NCBI GenBank assembly: GCA_964016885.1
Contig: OZ024742.1
Location: 357,988,001 to 358,052,000, forward strand
DNA: 64,000 bases
Direction of reading: 5' to 3'
From: Eledone cirrhosa
Lineage: Eukaryota
Below, piece after piece: positions 1 through 14,469 of the stretch. The notes below the pieces were generated by a model. That model searched no databases, had not been told where the DNA came from, and worked only from the letters and a program-made list of their open reading frames with translations. The number at the start of each line of letters is the position of its first letter. The first letter of the stretch is position 1. A program made the translations under genes and the position numbers.

Positions 1-44
1 CACCATACTAATCACTAAGTCAGTATTACCATATACTGGCTCAA

Positions 45-554
45 CAGAGAAGACCATACTAAGCTCTGACTAAGTAGTACCATATACTGGCTCAACAGAT
101 AAGACCATACTAAGCTCTGAGTCAGTATTACCACGTACTGGCTCAACAGTTAAGACAATACTAATCACTGAGTCAGTATTACCACATACTGGCTCAACAG
201 ATAAGACGATACTAATCACTGAGTCAGTATTACGACATACAGGCTCAACAGCTGAGACCATATTAATTACCGAGTCAGTAGTACCATATACTAACTCAAC
301 AGAGAAGACCATACTAAGCTCTGACTAAGTAGTACCATATACTGGCTCAACAGATAAGACCATACTAAGCTCTGAGTCAGTATTACCACGTACTGGCTCA
401 ACAGTTAAGACAATACTAATCACTGAGTCAGTATTACCACATACTGGCTCAACAGATAAGACGATACTAATCACTGAGTCAGTATTACGACATACAGGCT
501 CAACAGCTGAGACCATATTAATTACCGAGTCAGTAGTACCATATACTAACTCAA
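45..554. repeat. 5-unit (255-bp) tandem duplication within the array
   Basis: ORF ends at 70 and 325 have identical C-terminal translations; rare variant CCACGTACT at 131 and 386. Confidence 0.9.
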
Positions 555-3500
555 CAGATAAGACCATACTAATCACTGAGTCAGTATTACCACATACTGG
601 CTCAACAGATAAGACCATATTAATCATTGAGTCAGTATTACCACATCCTGGACTCAACAGATAGGACCATACTAAGCTCTGAATCAGTAGTACCACATAC
701 TGGCTGAACAGATAAGGCTATACTAACCACTGAGTCAGTATTACCACATACTGGCTCAACAGATAAGACCATACTAATCACTGAGTCATTATTACCACAT
801 CCTGGGCTCCACAGATAGGACCATGCTAAGCTCTGAATCAGTAGTACCACATACAGCCTCAACAGATAAGACCATACTAAGCTCTGAGTCAGTAGTACAA
901 CATACTGGCTGAACAGATAAGGCTATACTAACCACTGAGTCAGTATTACGACATACTAGCTCAACAGATAAGACCATACTAATCACTGAATCAGTATTAC
1001 CACATACTGGCTCAACAGATAAGACCATACTAATCACTGAGTCAGTATTACCACATACATTCTCAACAGATAAGACCATACTAATCACTGAGTCAGTATT
1101 ACTACATACTAGCTCAACAGATAAGACCAAACTAACCACTGAGTCAGTATTACCACATACAGGCTCAACAGATAACACCATACTAATCATTAAGACAGTA
1201 TTACCATATACTGGCTCAACAGAGAAGACCATACTTAGTTCTGACTAAGTAGTACCACATACTGTCTCAACAGATAAGACAATACTAATCACTGAGACAG
1301 TATTACCACAAACTGGGCACAACAGATAAGACCATACTAATCACTGAGTCAGAATTACCACATACATTCTCAACAGATAAGACCATACTAATCACTGAGT
1401 CAGTATTACGACATACTAGGTCAACAGATAAGACCATACTAACCACTGAGTCAGTATTACCACATACAGGCTCAACAGATAACACCATACCCATCACTAA
1501 GTCAGTCTTACCATATACTGGCTCAACAGAGAACACCATACTAAGCTCTGACTAAGTAGTACCACATACTGGCTCAACAGATAAGACCATACTAAGCTCT
1601 GAGTCAGTATTACCACATACTGGCACAACAGATAAGACCATACTAATCACTGAGACAGTATTAACACATACTGGGCTCAACAGATAAGACCATACTAATC
1701 ACTGAGTCAGTATTACCACATAGTGGCTCAACAGTTAAGACAATACTAATCACTGAGTCAGTATTACCACATACTGGCTCAACAGATAAGACAATACTAA
1801 TCACTGAGTCGGTATTACCACATACTAGCTCAACAGATAAGACAATACTAATCACTGAGTCAGTATTACGACATACAGGCTCAACAGCTGAGACCATACT
1901 AATTACTGAGTCAGTAGTACCATATACTAACTCAACAGATAAGAACATACTAATCACTGAGTCAGTATTACCACATACTGGGCTCAACAGATAATAACAT
2001 ACTAATCACTGAGTAAGTATTACAACATAATGGCTCAACAGATAATACCATACTAATCACTGAGTTATTCTTACCACATACTGGGCTAAACGGATAAGAC
2101 CATAGTAATCACTGAGTCAATATTATCTCATACTGTCTCAACAGATAAGACCATACAAATCACTGAGTCAGTATTACCACATACTGGCTCAACAGATAAG
2201 ACCAGATTAATCATTGAGTCAGTATTACCACATACTGGACTCAACAAATAGGACCATACTAAGCTCTGAATCAGTAGTACCACATACTGGCTCAACAGAT
2301 AAGACCATACTAAGCTCTGAGTCAGTAGTACCACATACTGGCTGAACAGATAAGACCATACTAACCACTGAGTCAGTATTACCACATACTCGCTGAACAG
2401 ATAAGACCATACTAATCACTGAGTCAGTATTACCACATACTAGCTCAACATATAACACAATACTAATCACTGAGTCAGTATTACCACATACAGGCTCAAC
2501 AGATAAGGCCATACTAATCACTGAGACAGTATTACGACATACAGGCTCAACAGATAAGACCATACTAATCACTGACTCAGTATTACCACATACTGACTCA
2601 AAAGATGATACCATACTAATCACTAAGTAAGTATTACCACATATTGGCACAACAGATAAGACCATACTAATGACTGAGTCGGTATTACCACATACTAGCT
2701 CAACAGATAAGACCATACTAATAACTGAGTCAGTATTACGACATACTAGATCCACAGATAAGACCATACTAATCACTGAGTCAGTATTACCACATACTAG
2801 CTCAACAAATAAGACCATACTAATCACTGAGTCAGTAGTACCACATACTGGCTCAACAGATAAGACCATACTAATCACTGAGTCATTATTACCACATACT
2901 GGCTCAACAGATAAGACCATGCTAACCACTGTGTCCGTAGTACCACATACTGGCTGAACAGATAATATCATACTAACCACTGAGTCAGTATTACCATATA
3001 CTGGCTCCACAGATAAGACCATACTAACCACTGAGTCAGTATTACCACATACTGGCTCAAAGGATAAGACCATACTATGCTCTGAGTAAGTAGTACCACA
3101 TACTGGCTCAACAGATAAGACCATACTAATCCCTGAGTAAGTAGTACCATATACTGGCTCAACAGATAAGACCATACTAAGGTCTGAGTCAGTATTACCA
3201 GAGACTGCCTCAACAGATAAGACCATACTAATCACTGAGTCAGTATTAAAAGATACTGGCTCAACAGATAAGACCATAATAACCACTGAGTCAGTATTAC
3301 GACATACTAGCTCAACAGATAATACTATACTGATCACTGAGTCAGCATTACCACATACTGACTCAACAGATAAGACCATACTAATCACTGAGTCAGTATT
3401 ACGACATACAGTCTCAACAGCTAAGACCATGCTAATTACTGAGTCAGTAGTATCATATAATAACTCAACAGATAAGACCATACTAATCACTGAGTCAGTA

Positions 3501-3739
3501 TTACCACATACTGGGCTCAACAGATAAGACCATACTAATCACTGAGTCAGTATTACGATATACAGGCTCAACAGATAAAACCATACTAATCACTGACTCA
3601 GTATTACCACATACTGACTCAAAAGATGAGACCATACTAATCACTGAGTAAGTATTACCACATATTGGCTCAACAGATAAGACCATACTAATGTTGGAGT
3701 CGGTATTACCACACACTAGCTCAACAGATAAGACCATAC

Positions 3740-5190
3740 TAATCACTGAGTCAGTATTACGACATACTAGCTCAACAGATAAGATCATACTAATCACTGA
3801 GTCAGTATTACCACATACTAGCTCAACAGATAAGACCATACTAATTACTGAGTCAGTAGTACCACATACTGGCTCAACAGATAAAACCATACTAATCACG
3901 GATTCAGTATTACCACATACTGGGCTCAACAGATAAGACCATACTAATCACTGAGTCATTATTACCACATACTGGCTCAACAGATAAGACCATACTAACC
4001 ACTGAGTCAGTAGTACTACATACTGGCTGAACAGATAAGATCATACTAACCACTGAGTCAGTATTACCATATACTGGCTCAACAGATAAGACCATACTAA
4101 CCACTGAGTCAGTATTACCACATACTGGCTCAAAGGATGAGACCATACTATGCTCTGAGTAAGTAGTACCACATACTGGCTCAACAGATAAGACCATACT
4201 AATTCCTGAGTAAGTAGTACCATATACTGGCTCAACAGATAAGACCATACTAAGGTCTGAGTCAGTATTACCAGATACTGCCTCAACAGATAAGACCATA
4301 CTAATCACTGAGTCAGTATTAAAAGATACTGGCTCAACAGATAAGACCATAATAACCACTGAGTCAGTATTACGACATACTAGCTCAACAGATAATACTA
4401 TACTGATCACTGAGTCAGCATTACCACATACTGACTCAACAGATAAGACCATACTAATCACTGAGTCAGTATTACGACATACTAGCTCAACAGATAAGAT
4501 CATACTAATCACTGAGTCAGTATTACCACATACTAGCTCAACAGATAAGACCATACTAATTACTGAGTCAGTAGTACCACATACTGGCTCAACAGATAAA
4601 ACCATACTAATCACGGATTCAGTATTACCACATACTGGGCTCAACAGATAAGACCATACTAATCACTGAGTCATTATTACCACATACTGGCTCAACAGAT
4701 AAGACCATACTAACCACTGAGTCAGTAGTACTACATACTGGCTGAACAGATAAGATCATACTAACCACTGAGTCAGTATTACCATATACTGGCTCAACAG
4801 ATAAGACCATACTAACCACTGAGTCAGTATTACCACATACTGGCTCAAAGGATGAGACCATACTATGCTCTGAGTAAGTAGTACCACATACTGGCTCAAC
4901 AGATAAGACCATACTAATTCCTGAGTAAGTAGTACCATATACTGGCTCAACAGATAAGACCATACTAAGGTCTGAGTCAGTATTACCAGATACTGCCTCA
5001 ACAGATAAGACCATACTAATCACTGAGTCAGTATTAAAAGATACTGGCTCAACAGATAAGACCATAATAACCACTGAGTCAGTATTACGACATACTAGCT
5101 CAACAGATAATACTATACTGATCACTGAGTCAGCATTACCACATACTGACTCAACAGATAAGACCATACTAATCACTGAGTCAGTATTAC
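3740..5190. repeat. 14-unit (715-bp) tandem duplication
   Basis: ORF pairs 3910/4625 and 4041/4756 are offset by 715 bp with matching variant order. Confidence 0.9.
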
Positions 5191-8100
5191 GACATACAAT
5201 CTCAACAGCTAAGACCATGCTAATTACTGAGTCAGTAGTATCATATAATAACTCAACAGGTAAGACCATACTAATCACTGAGTCAGTATTACCACATACA
5301 GGGCTCAACAGATAAGACCATACTAATCACTGAGTAAGTATTACCACATACTGGCTCAACAGATAAGGCCATATTAATCACTGAGTCAGTATTACCACAT
5401 ACTGGCTCAACAGATAAGACCATACTAATCACTGAGTCAGTATTGCGACATACTAGCTCAAAAGATAAGACCATACTAATCACTGAGTCAGTATTACCAA
5501 ACAATGGCTCAACAGATAAGACCATATTAATCACTGAGTCAGTATTACCACATACAGGCTCAACAGATAAGACCATACTAACCACTGAGTCAGTATTTCC
5601 ACATACAGGCTCAACAGATAACACCATACTAATCACTAAGTCAGTATTACCATATTCTGGCTCAACAGAGAAGACCATACTAAGCTCTGACTAAGTAGTA
5701 CCACATACTGGCTCAACAGATAAGACCATACTAAGCCTGAGTCAGTATTACCACATACTGGCTCAACAGATAAGACCATACTAATCACCGAGACAGTATT
5801 ACCACATACTGGGCTCAACAGATAAGACCATACTAATCACTGAGTCAGTATTACCACAGAGTGGCTCAACAGTTAAGACAATACTAATCACTGAGTCAGT
5901 ATTACCACATACTGGCTCAACAGATAAGACAATACTAATCACTGAGTCGGTATTACCACATACTTGCTCAACAGATGAGACAATACTAATCACTGAGTCA
6001 GTATTACGACATACAGGCTCAACAGCTGAGACCATACTAATTACTGAGTCAGTAGTACCATATACTAACTCAACAGATAAGAACATACTAATCACTGAGT
6101 CAGTATTACCACATACTGGGCTCAACAGATAAGACCATACTAATCACTGAGTCAATATTATCTCATACTGTCTCAACAGATAAAACGATACTAATCACTG
6201 AGTCAGTATTACCACATACTGGCTCAACAGATAAGACCATATTAATCATTGAGTCAGTATTACCACATCATGGACTCAACAGATAAGACCATACTAATCA
6301 CTGAGTCATTATTACCACATCCTGGGCTCCACAGATAGGACCATGCTAAGCTCTGAGTCAGTATTACCACATACTGGCTGAACAGATAAGACCATACTAA
6401 TCACTAAGTCAATATTACCACATACTAGCTCAAAAGATAACACAATACTAATCACTGAGTCAGTATTACCACATACATGCTCAACAGATAAGACCATACT
6501 AATCACTGAGTCAGTATTACGACATACAGGCTCAACAGATAAGACCATACTAATCACTGAGTCAGTATTACCACATACTGACTCAAAAGATGAGACCATA
6601 CTAATCACTGAGTAAGTATTACCACATATTGGCTCAACAGATAAGACCATACTAATGATGGAGTCGGTATTACCACACACTAGCTCAACAGATAAGACCA
6701 TACTAATCACTGAGTCAGTATTACGACATACTAGCTCAACAGATAAGATCATACTAATCACTGAGTCAGTATTACCACATACTAGCTCAACAGATAAGAC
6801 CATACTAAGCTCTGAGTCAGTAGTACCACATACTGGCTCAACAGATAAAACCATACTATTCACGGATTCAGTATTACCATTAACTGGGCTCAACAGATAA
6901 GACCATACTAATCACTGAGTCATTATTACCACATACTGGCTCAACAGATAAGACCATACTAACCACTGAGTCAGTAGTACCACATACAGGCTGAACAGAT
7001 AAGATCATACTAACCACTGAGTCAGTATTACCATATACTGGCTCAACAGATAAGACCATACTAACCACTGAGTCAGTATTACCACATACTGGCTCAACAG
7101 ATAAGACCATACTAAGCTCCGAGTAAGTAGTACCACATACTGGCTCAACAGATAAGACCATACTAATCCCTGAGTAAGTAGTACAATATACTGGCTCAAC
7201 AGATAAGACCATACTAATCCCTGAGTAAGTAGTACCATATACTGACTCAACAGATAAGACCATACTAAGGTCTGAGTCAGTATTACCAGATACTGCCTCA
7301 ACAGATAAGACCATACTAATCACTGAGTCAGTATTAAAAGATACTGGCTCAACAGATAAGACCATAATAACCACTGAGTCAGTATTACGACATACTAGCT
7401 CAACAGATAATACTATACTGATCACTGAGTCAGCATTACCACATACTGACTCAACAGATAAGACCATACTAATCACTGAGTCAGTATTACGACATACAAT
7501 CTCAACAGATAAGACCATGCTAATTACTGAGTCAGTAGTATCATATAATAACTCAACAGGTAAGACCATACTAATCACTGAGTCAGTATTACCACATACT
7601 GGGCTCAACAGATAAGACCATACTAATCACTGAGTAAGTATTACCACATACTGGCTCAACAGATAAGGCCATACTAATCACTGAGTCAGTATTACCACAT
7701 ACTGGCTCAACAGATAAGACCATACTAATCACTGAGTCAGTATTGCGACATACTAGCTCAAAAGATAAGACCATACTAATCACTGAGTCAGTATTACCAA
7801 ACAATGGCTCAACAGATAAGACCATATTAATCACTGAGTCAGTATTACCACATACAGGCTCAACAGATAAGACCATACTAATCACTGAGTCAGAATTACC
7901 ACATACATTCTCAACAGATAAGACCATACTAACCACTGAGTCAGTATTACCACATACAGGCTCAACAGATAACACCATACTAATCACTAAGTCAGTATTA
8001 CCATATTCTGGCTCAACAGAGAAGACCATACTAAGCTCTGACTAAGTAGTACCACATACTGGCTCAACAGATAAGACCATACTAAGCCTGAGTCAGTATT

Positions 8101-8690
8101 ACCACATACTGGCTCAACAGATAAGACCATACTAATCACCGAGACAGTATTACCACATACTGGGCTCAACAGATAAGACCATACTAATCACTGAGTCAGT
8201 ATTACCACAGAGTGGCTCAACAGTTAAGACAATACTAATCACTGAGTCAGTATTACCACATACTGGCTCAACAGATAAGACAATACTAATCACTGAGTCG
8301 GTATTACCACATACTAGCTCAACAGATGAGACAATACTAATCACTGAGTCAGTATTACGACATACAGGCTCAACAGCTGAGACCATACTAATTACTGAGT
8401 CAGTAGTACCATATACTAACTCAACAGATAAGAACATACTAATCACTGAGTCAGTATTACCACATACTGGGCTCAACAGATAAGACCATACTAATCACTG
8501 AGTCAATATTATCTCATACTGTCTCAACAGATAAAACGATACTAATCACTGAGTCAGTATTACCACATACTGGCTCAACAGATAAGACCATATTAATCAT
8601 TGAGTCAGTATTACCACATCCTGGACTCAACAGATAAGACCATACTAATCACTGAGTCATTATTACCACATCCTGGGCTCCACAGATAGG
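4625..8690. repeat. ~2.25-2.35-kb higher-order duplication, diverged by single-unit gains
   Basis: ORF pairs 5289/7589 (+2300), 5636/7987 and 5799/8150 (+2351); shared 50-bp AAGCCTGAG unit. Confidence 0.85.
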
Positions 8691-11600
8691 ACCATGCTAA
8701 TCACTGAGTCAGTATTACCAAACAATGGCTCAACAGATAAGACCATATTAATCACTGAGTCAGTATTACCACATACAGGCTCAACAGATAAGACCATACT
8801 TATCACTGAGTCAGAATTACCACATACATTCTCAACAGATAAGACCATACTAACCACTGAGTCAGTATTACCACATACAGGCTCAACAGATAACACCATA
8901 CTAATCCCTGAGTAATTAGTACCATATACTGGTTCAACAGATAAGACCATACTAATCACTGAGTAAGTATTACCACATACTGGCTCAACAGATAAGACCA
9001 TACAAATCACTGAGTTAGTCTTACCACATACTGGGCTCAACAGATAAGACCATACTAATCACTGAGTCAATATTATCTCATACTGTCTCAACAGATAGGA
9101 CCATACTAAGCTCTGAATCAGTAGTAACACATACGGGCCCAACAGATAAGAACATACTAATCACTGAGTCATTATTACCACATTCTGGGCTCCACAGATA
9201 GGACCATGCTAAGCTCTGAGACAGTAGTCCCACATACTGGCTCAACAGATAAGACCATACTAAGCTCTGAGTCAGTAGTGCCACATACTGGCTGAACAGA
9301 TAAGACCATACTAAACACTTAGTCAGTATTACCACATACTGGCTGAACAGATAAGACGATACTAATCACTGAGTCAGTATTACCACATACTAGCTCAACA
9401 GATAACACAATACTAATCACTGAGTCAGTATTACCACATACAGGCTCAACAGATAAGTCCATACTAACCACTTAGTCAGTATTACGACATAGTAGCTCAA
9501 CAGATAAGACCATACTAATCACTGTGTCAGTATTACCACATACTAGCTCAACAGATAAGACCATACTAATCACGGATTCAGTATTACCACATACTGGGCT
9601 CAACAGATAAGACCATACTAATCACTGAGTCATTATTACCACATACTGGCTCAACAGATAAGACCATACTAACCACTGAGTCAGTAGTACCACATACTGG
9701 CTGAATAGATAACACCATACTAATCACTAAGTCAGTATTACCATATACTAGCTCAACAGATAAGACCATAGTAACCACTGAGTCAGTATTACCACATACT
9801 GGCTCAACAGATAAGACCATACTAAGCTCTGAGTAAGTAGTACCACATACTGGCTCAACAGATAAGACCATACTAATCCCTGAGTAATTAGTACCATATA
9901 CTGGCTCAACAGATAAGACCATACTAAGGTCTGAGTCAGTATTACCAAATACTGCCTCAACATATAAGACCATACTAATCACTGAGTCAGTATTACAAGA
10001 TACTGGCTCAACAGTTAAGACCATAATAACCACCGAGTCAGTATTACCACATACTAGCTCAACAGATAATACTATACTGATCACTGAGTCAGTATTACCA
10101 CATACTGACTCAACAGATAAGACCATACTAATCACTGAGTCAGTATTACCACATAGTAGCTCAGCAGATGAGACAATACTAATCACTGAGTCAGTATTAC
10201 GACATACAGTCTCAACAGCTAAGACCATGCTAATTACTGAGTCAGTAGTACCATATAATAACTCAACAGATAAGACCATACTAATCACTGAGTCAGTATT
10301 ACCACATACTGGGCTCAACAGATAAGACCATACTAATCACTGAGTAAGTATTACCACATACTGGCTCAACAGATAAGGCCATACTAATCACTGAGTCAGT
10401 ATTACCACATACTGGGCTCAATAGATAAGACCATACTAATCACTGAGTCAATATTATCAATTACTGGCTCAACATATAAGACCATACTAATCACTGAGTC
10501 AGTATTACCACATACTAGCTCAACAGATAAGACAATACTAATCACTGAGTCAGTATTACGACATACAGGCTCAACAGCTGAGACCATACTAATTACTGAG
10601 TCAGTAGTATCATATACTAACTCAACAGATAGGACCATACTAAGCTCTGAATCAGTAGTACCACATACTGTCTCAACAGATAAGACCATACTAATCACTG
10701 AGTCATTATTACCACATCCTGGGCCCCACAGATAGGACCATGCTAAGCTCTGAGTCAGTAGTACCACATACTGGCTCAAAAGATAAGACCATACTAAGCT
10801 CTGAGTCAGTAGTACCACATACTGGCTGAACAGATAAGGCCATACTAACCACTGAGTCAGTATTACGACATACTAGCTCAACAGATAAGACCATACTAAT
10901 CACTGAGTCAGTATTACCACATACTGGCTCAACAGATAAGACCATACTAATCACTGAGTCAGTATTACCACATACATTTTCAACAGATAAGGCCATACTA
11001 ATCACTGAGACAGTATTACCACATACTGGCTCAACAGATAAGACCAGACTAATCACTGAGTCAGTATTACCACATACAGGCTCAACAGATAACACCATAC
11101 TAATCATTAAGACAGTATTACCATATACTGGCTCAACAGAGAAGACCATACTAAGCTCTGACTAAGTAGTACCACATACTGGCTCAACAGATAAGACAAT
11201 ACTAATCACTGAGACAGTATTACCACATACTGGGCTCAACAGATAAGACCATACTAATCACTGAGTCAGAATTACCACATACATTCTCAACAGATAAGAC
11301 CATACTAATCACTGAGTCAGTATTACGACATACTAGCTCAACAGATAAGACCATACTAACCACTGAGTCAGTATTACCACATACAGGCTCAACAGATAAC
11401 ACCATACTAATACCTAAGTCAGTATTACCATATACTGGCTCAACAGATAAGACGATACTAAGCTCTGAGTCAGTATTACCACATACTGGCTCAACAGATA
11501 AGACCATACTAATCACCGAGACAGTATTACCACTTACTGGGCTCAACAGATAAGACCATACTAATCACTGAGTCAGTATTACCACATAATGGCTCAAAAG

Positions 11601-14469
11601 TTAAGACAATACTAATCACTGAGTCAGTATTACCACATACTGGCTCAACAGATAAGACAATACTAATCACTGAGTCGGTATTACCACATACTAGCACAAC
11701 AGATAAGACAATACTAAACACTGAGTCAGTATTACGACATACAGGCTCAACAGATAAGACCATATTAATCATTGAGTCAGTATTACTACATCCTGGACTC
11801 AACAAATAGGACCATACTAAGCTCTGAATCAGTAGTACCACATACTGGCTCAACAGATAAGAACATTCTAATCACTGAGTAAGTAGTACCACATACTGGC
11901 TCAACAGATAAGACCATACTAAGGTCTGAGTCAGTATTACCAGATACTGCCTCAACAGATAAGACCATACTAATCACTGAGTCAGTATTACCACATACTG
12001 GGCTCAACAGATAAGACCATACTAATCACTGAGTAAGTATTACCACATACTGGCTCAACAGATGAGACCATACTAATCACTGAGTCAGTATTACGACATA
12101 CTAGCTCAAGACATAAGACCATACTAATCACTGAGTCAATATTATCACATACTGGCTCAACAGATAAGACCATACTAAGGTCTGAGTCAGTATTACCAAA
12201 TACTGCCTCAACAGATAAGACCATACTAATCACTGAGTCAGTATTACCACATAGTGGCTCAACAGTTAAGACAATACTAATCACTAAGTCAGTATTACCA
12301 CATACTGGCAAACAGATAAGACAATACTAATCACTGAGTCGGTATTACCACATACTAGCTCAACAGATAAGACAATACTAATCCCTGAATCAGTATTACG
12401 ATATACAGGCTCAACAGCTAAGACCATACTAATTACTGAGTCAGTCGTACCATATAATAACTCAACAGATAAGACCATACTAATCACTGAGTCAGTATTA
12501 CCACATACTGGGCTCAACAGGTAAGACCATACTAATCACTGAATAAGTATTACCACATACTGGCTCAACAGATAAGACCATACAAATCACTGAGTTAGTC
12601 TTACCACATACTGGGCTCAACAGATAAGACCATACTAATCACTGAGTCAATATTATCTCATACTGTCTCAACAGATAAGACCATATTAATCATTGAGTCT
12701 GTATTACTACATCCTGGACTCAACAAATAGGACCATACTAAGCTCTGAATCAGTAGTACCACATACCGGCTCAATAGATAAGAACATACTAATCACTGAG
12801 TCATTATTACCACATCCTGGGCTCCACAGATAGGACCATGCTAAGCTATGATACAGTAGTACCACATACTGGCTCAACAGATAAGACCATACTAAGCTCT
12901 GAGTCAGTAGTGCCACATACTGGCTGAACAGATAAGACAATACTAACCACTTAATCAGTATTACCACATACTGGCTGAACAGATAAGACCATACTAATCA
13001 TTGAGTCAGTATTACCACCTACTAGCTCAACAGATAACACAATACTAATCACTGAGTCAGTATTACCACAAACAGGCTCAACAGATAAGACCATACTAAC
13101 CACTTAGTCAGTATTACCACATACTAGCTCAACAGATAAGACCATACTAATCACTGAGTCAGTATTACGACATAGTAGCTCAACAGATAAGACCATACTA
13201 ATCACTGAGTCAGTATTACCACATACTAGCTCAACAGATAAGACCATACTAATCACTGAGTCAAAAGTACCACATACTGGCTCAACAGATAAGACCATAC
13301 TAATCACGGATTCAGTATTACCACATACTGGCTCAACAGATAAGACCATACTAATCACTGAGTCATTATTACCACATACTGGCTCAACAGATAAGACCAT
13401 ACTAACCACTGAGTCAGTAGTACCACATACTGGCTGAATAGATAACACCATACTAATCACTAAGTCAGTATTACCATAAACTAGCTCAACAGATAAGACC
13501 ATACTAAGCTCTGAGTAAGTAGTACCACATACTGTCTCAACAGATAAGACCATACTAATCCCTGAGTAAGTAGTACCATATACTGGCTCAACAGATAAGA
13601 CCATACTAAGGTCTGAGTCAGTATTACCAGATACTGCCTCACAGATAAGACCATAATAACCACTGAGTCAGTATTACCACATACTAGCTCAATAGATAAT
13701 ACTATACTGATCACTGAGTCAGTATTACCACATACTGACTCAACATATAAGACCATACTAATCACTGAGTCAGTATTACCACATAGTAGCTCAGCAGATA
13801 AGACAATACTAATCACTGAGTCGGTATTACGACATAAGTCTCAACAGCTAAAACCATGCTAATTACTGAGTCAGTAGTACCATATAATAACTCAAAAGAT
13901 AAGACCATACTAATCACTGAGTCAGTATTACCACATACTGGGCTCAACAGATATGACCATACTAATCACTGAATAAGTATTACCACATACTGGCTCAACA
14001 GATAAGGCCATACTAATCACTGAGTCAGTATTACCACATACTGGGCTCAATAGATAAGACCATACTAATCACTGAGTCAATATTATCACATACTGGCTCA
14101 ACAGATAAGACCATACTAATCACTGAGTCAGTATTACCACATACTAGCTCAACAGATAAGACAATACTAATCACTGAGTCAGTATTACGACATACATGCT
14201 CAACAGCTGAGACCATACTAATTACTGAGTCAGTAGTAGCATATGCTAACTCAACAGATAAGAACATACTAATCACTGAGTCAGTATTACCACATCCTGA
14301 ACTCAACAGATAGGACCATACTAAGCTCTGAATCAGTAGTACCACATACTGGGCTCAACAGATAAGACCATACTAATCACTGAGTCAGTATTACCACATC
14401 CTGGACTCAACAGATAGGACCATACTAAGCTCTGAATCAGTAGTACCACATACTGGCTCAACAGATACG

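Noticed and set aside
577-604. Tyrosine-recombinase site array, since 11-6-11 geometry matches dif/Xer sites
   Set aside because: Geometry only: no sequence similarity to dif and no recombinase in the window. The best-mapped junction (19310/24216) lies in the linker, not the 6-bp spacer.
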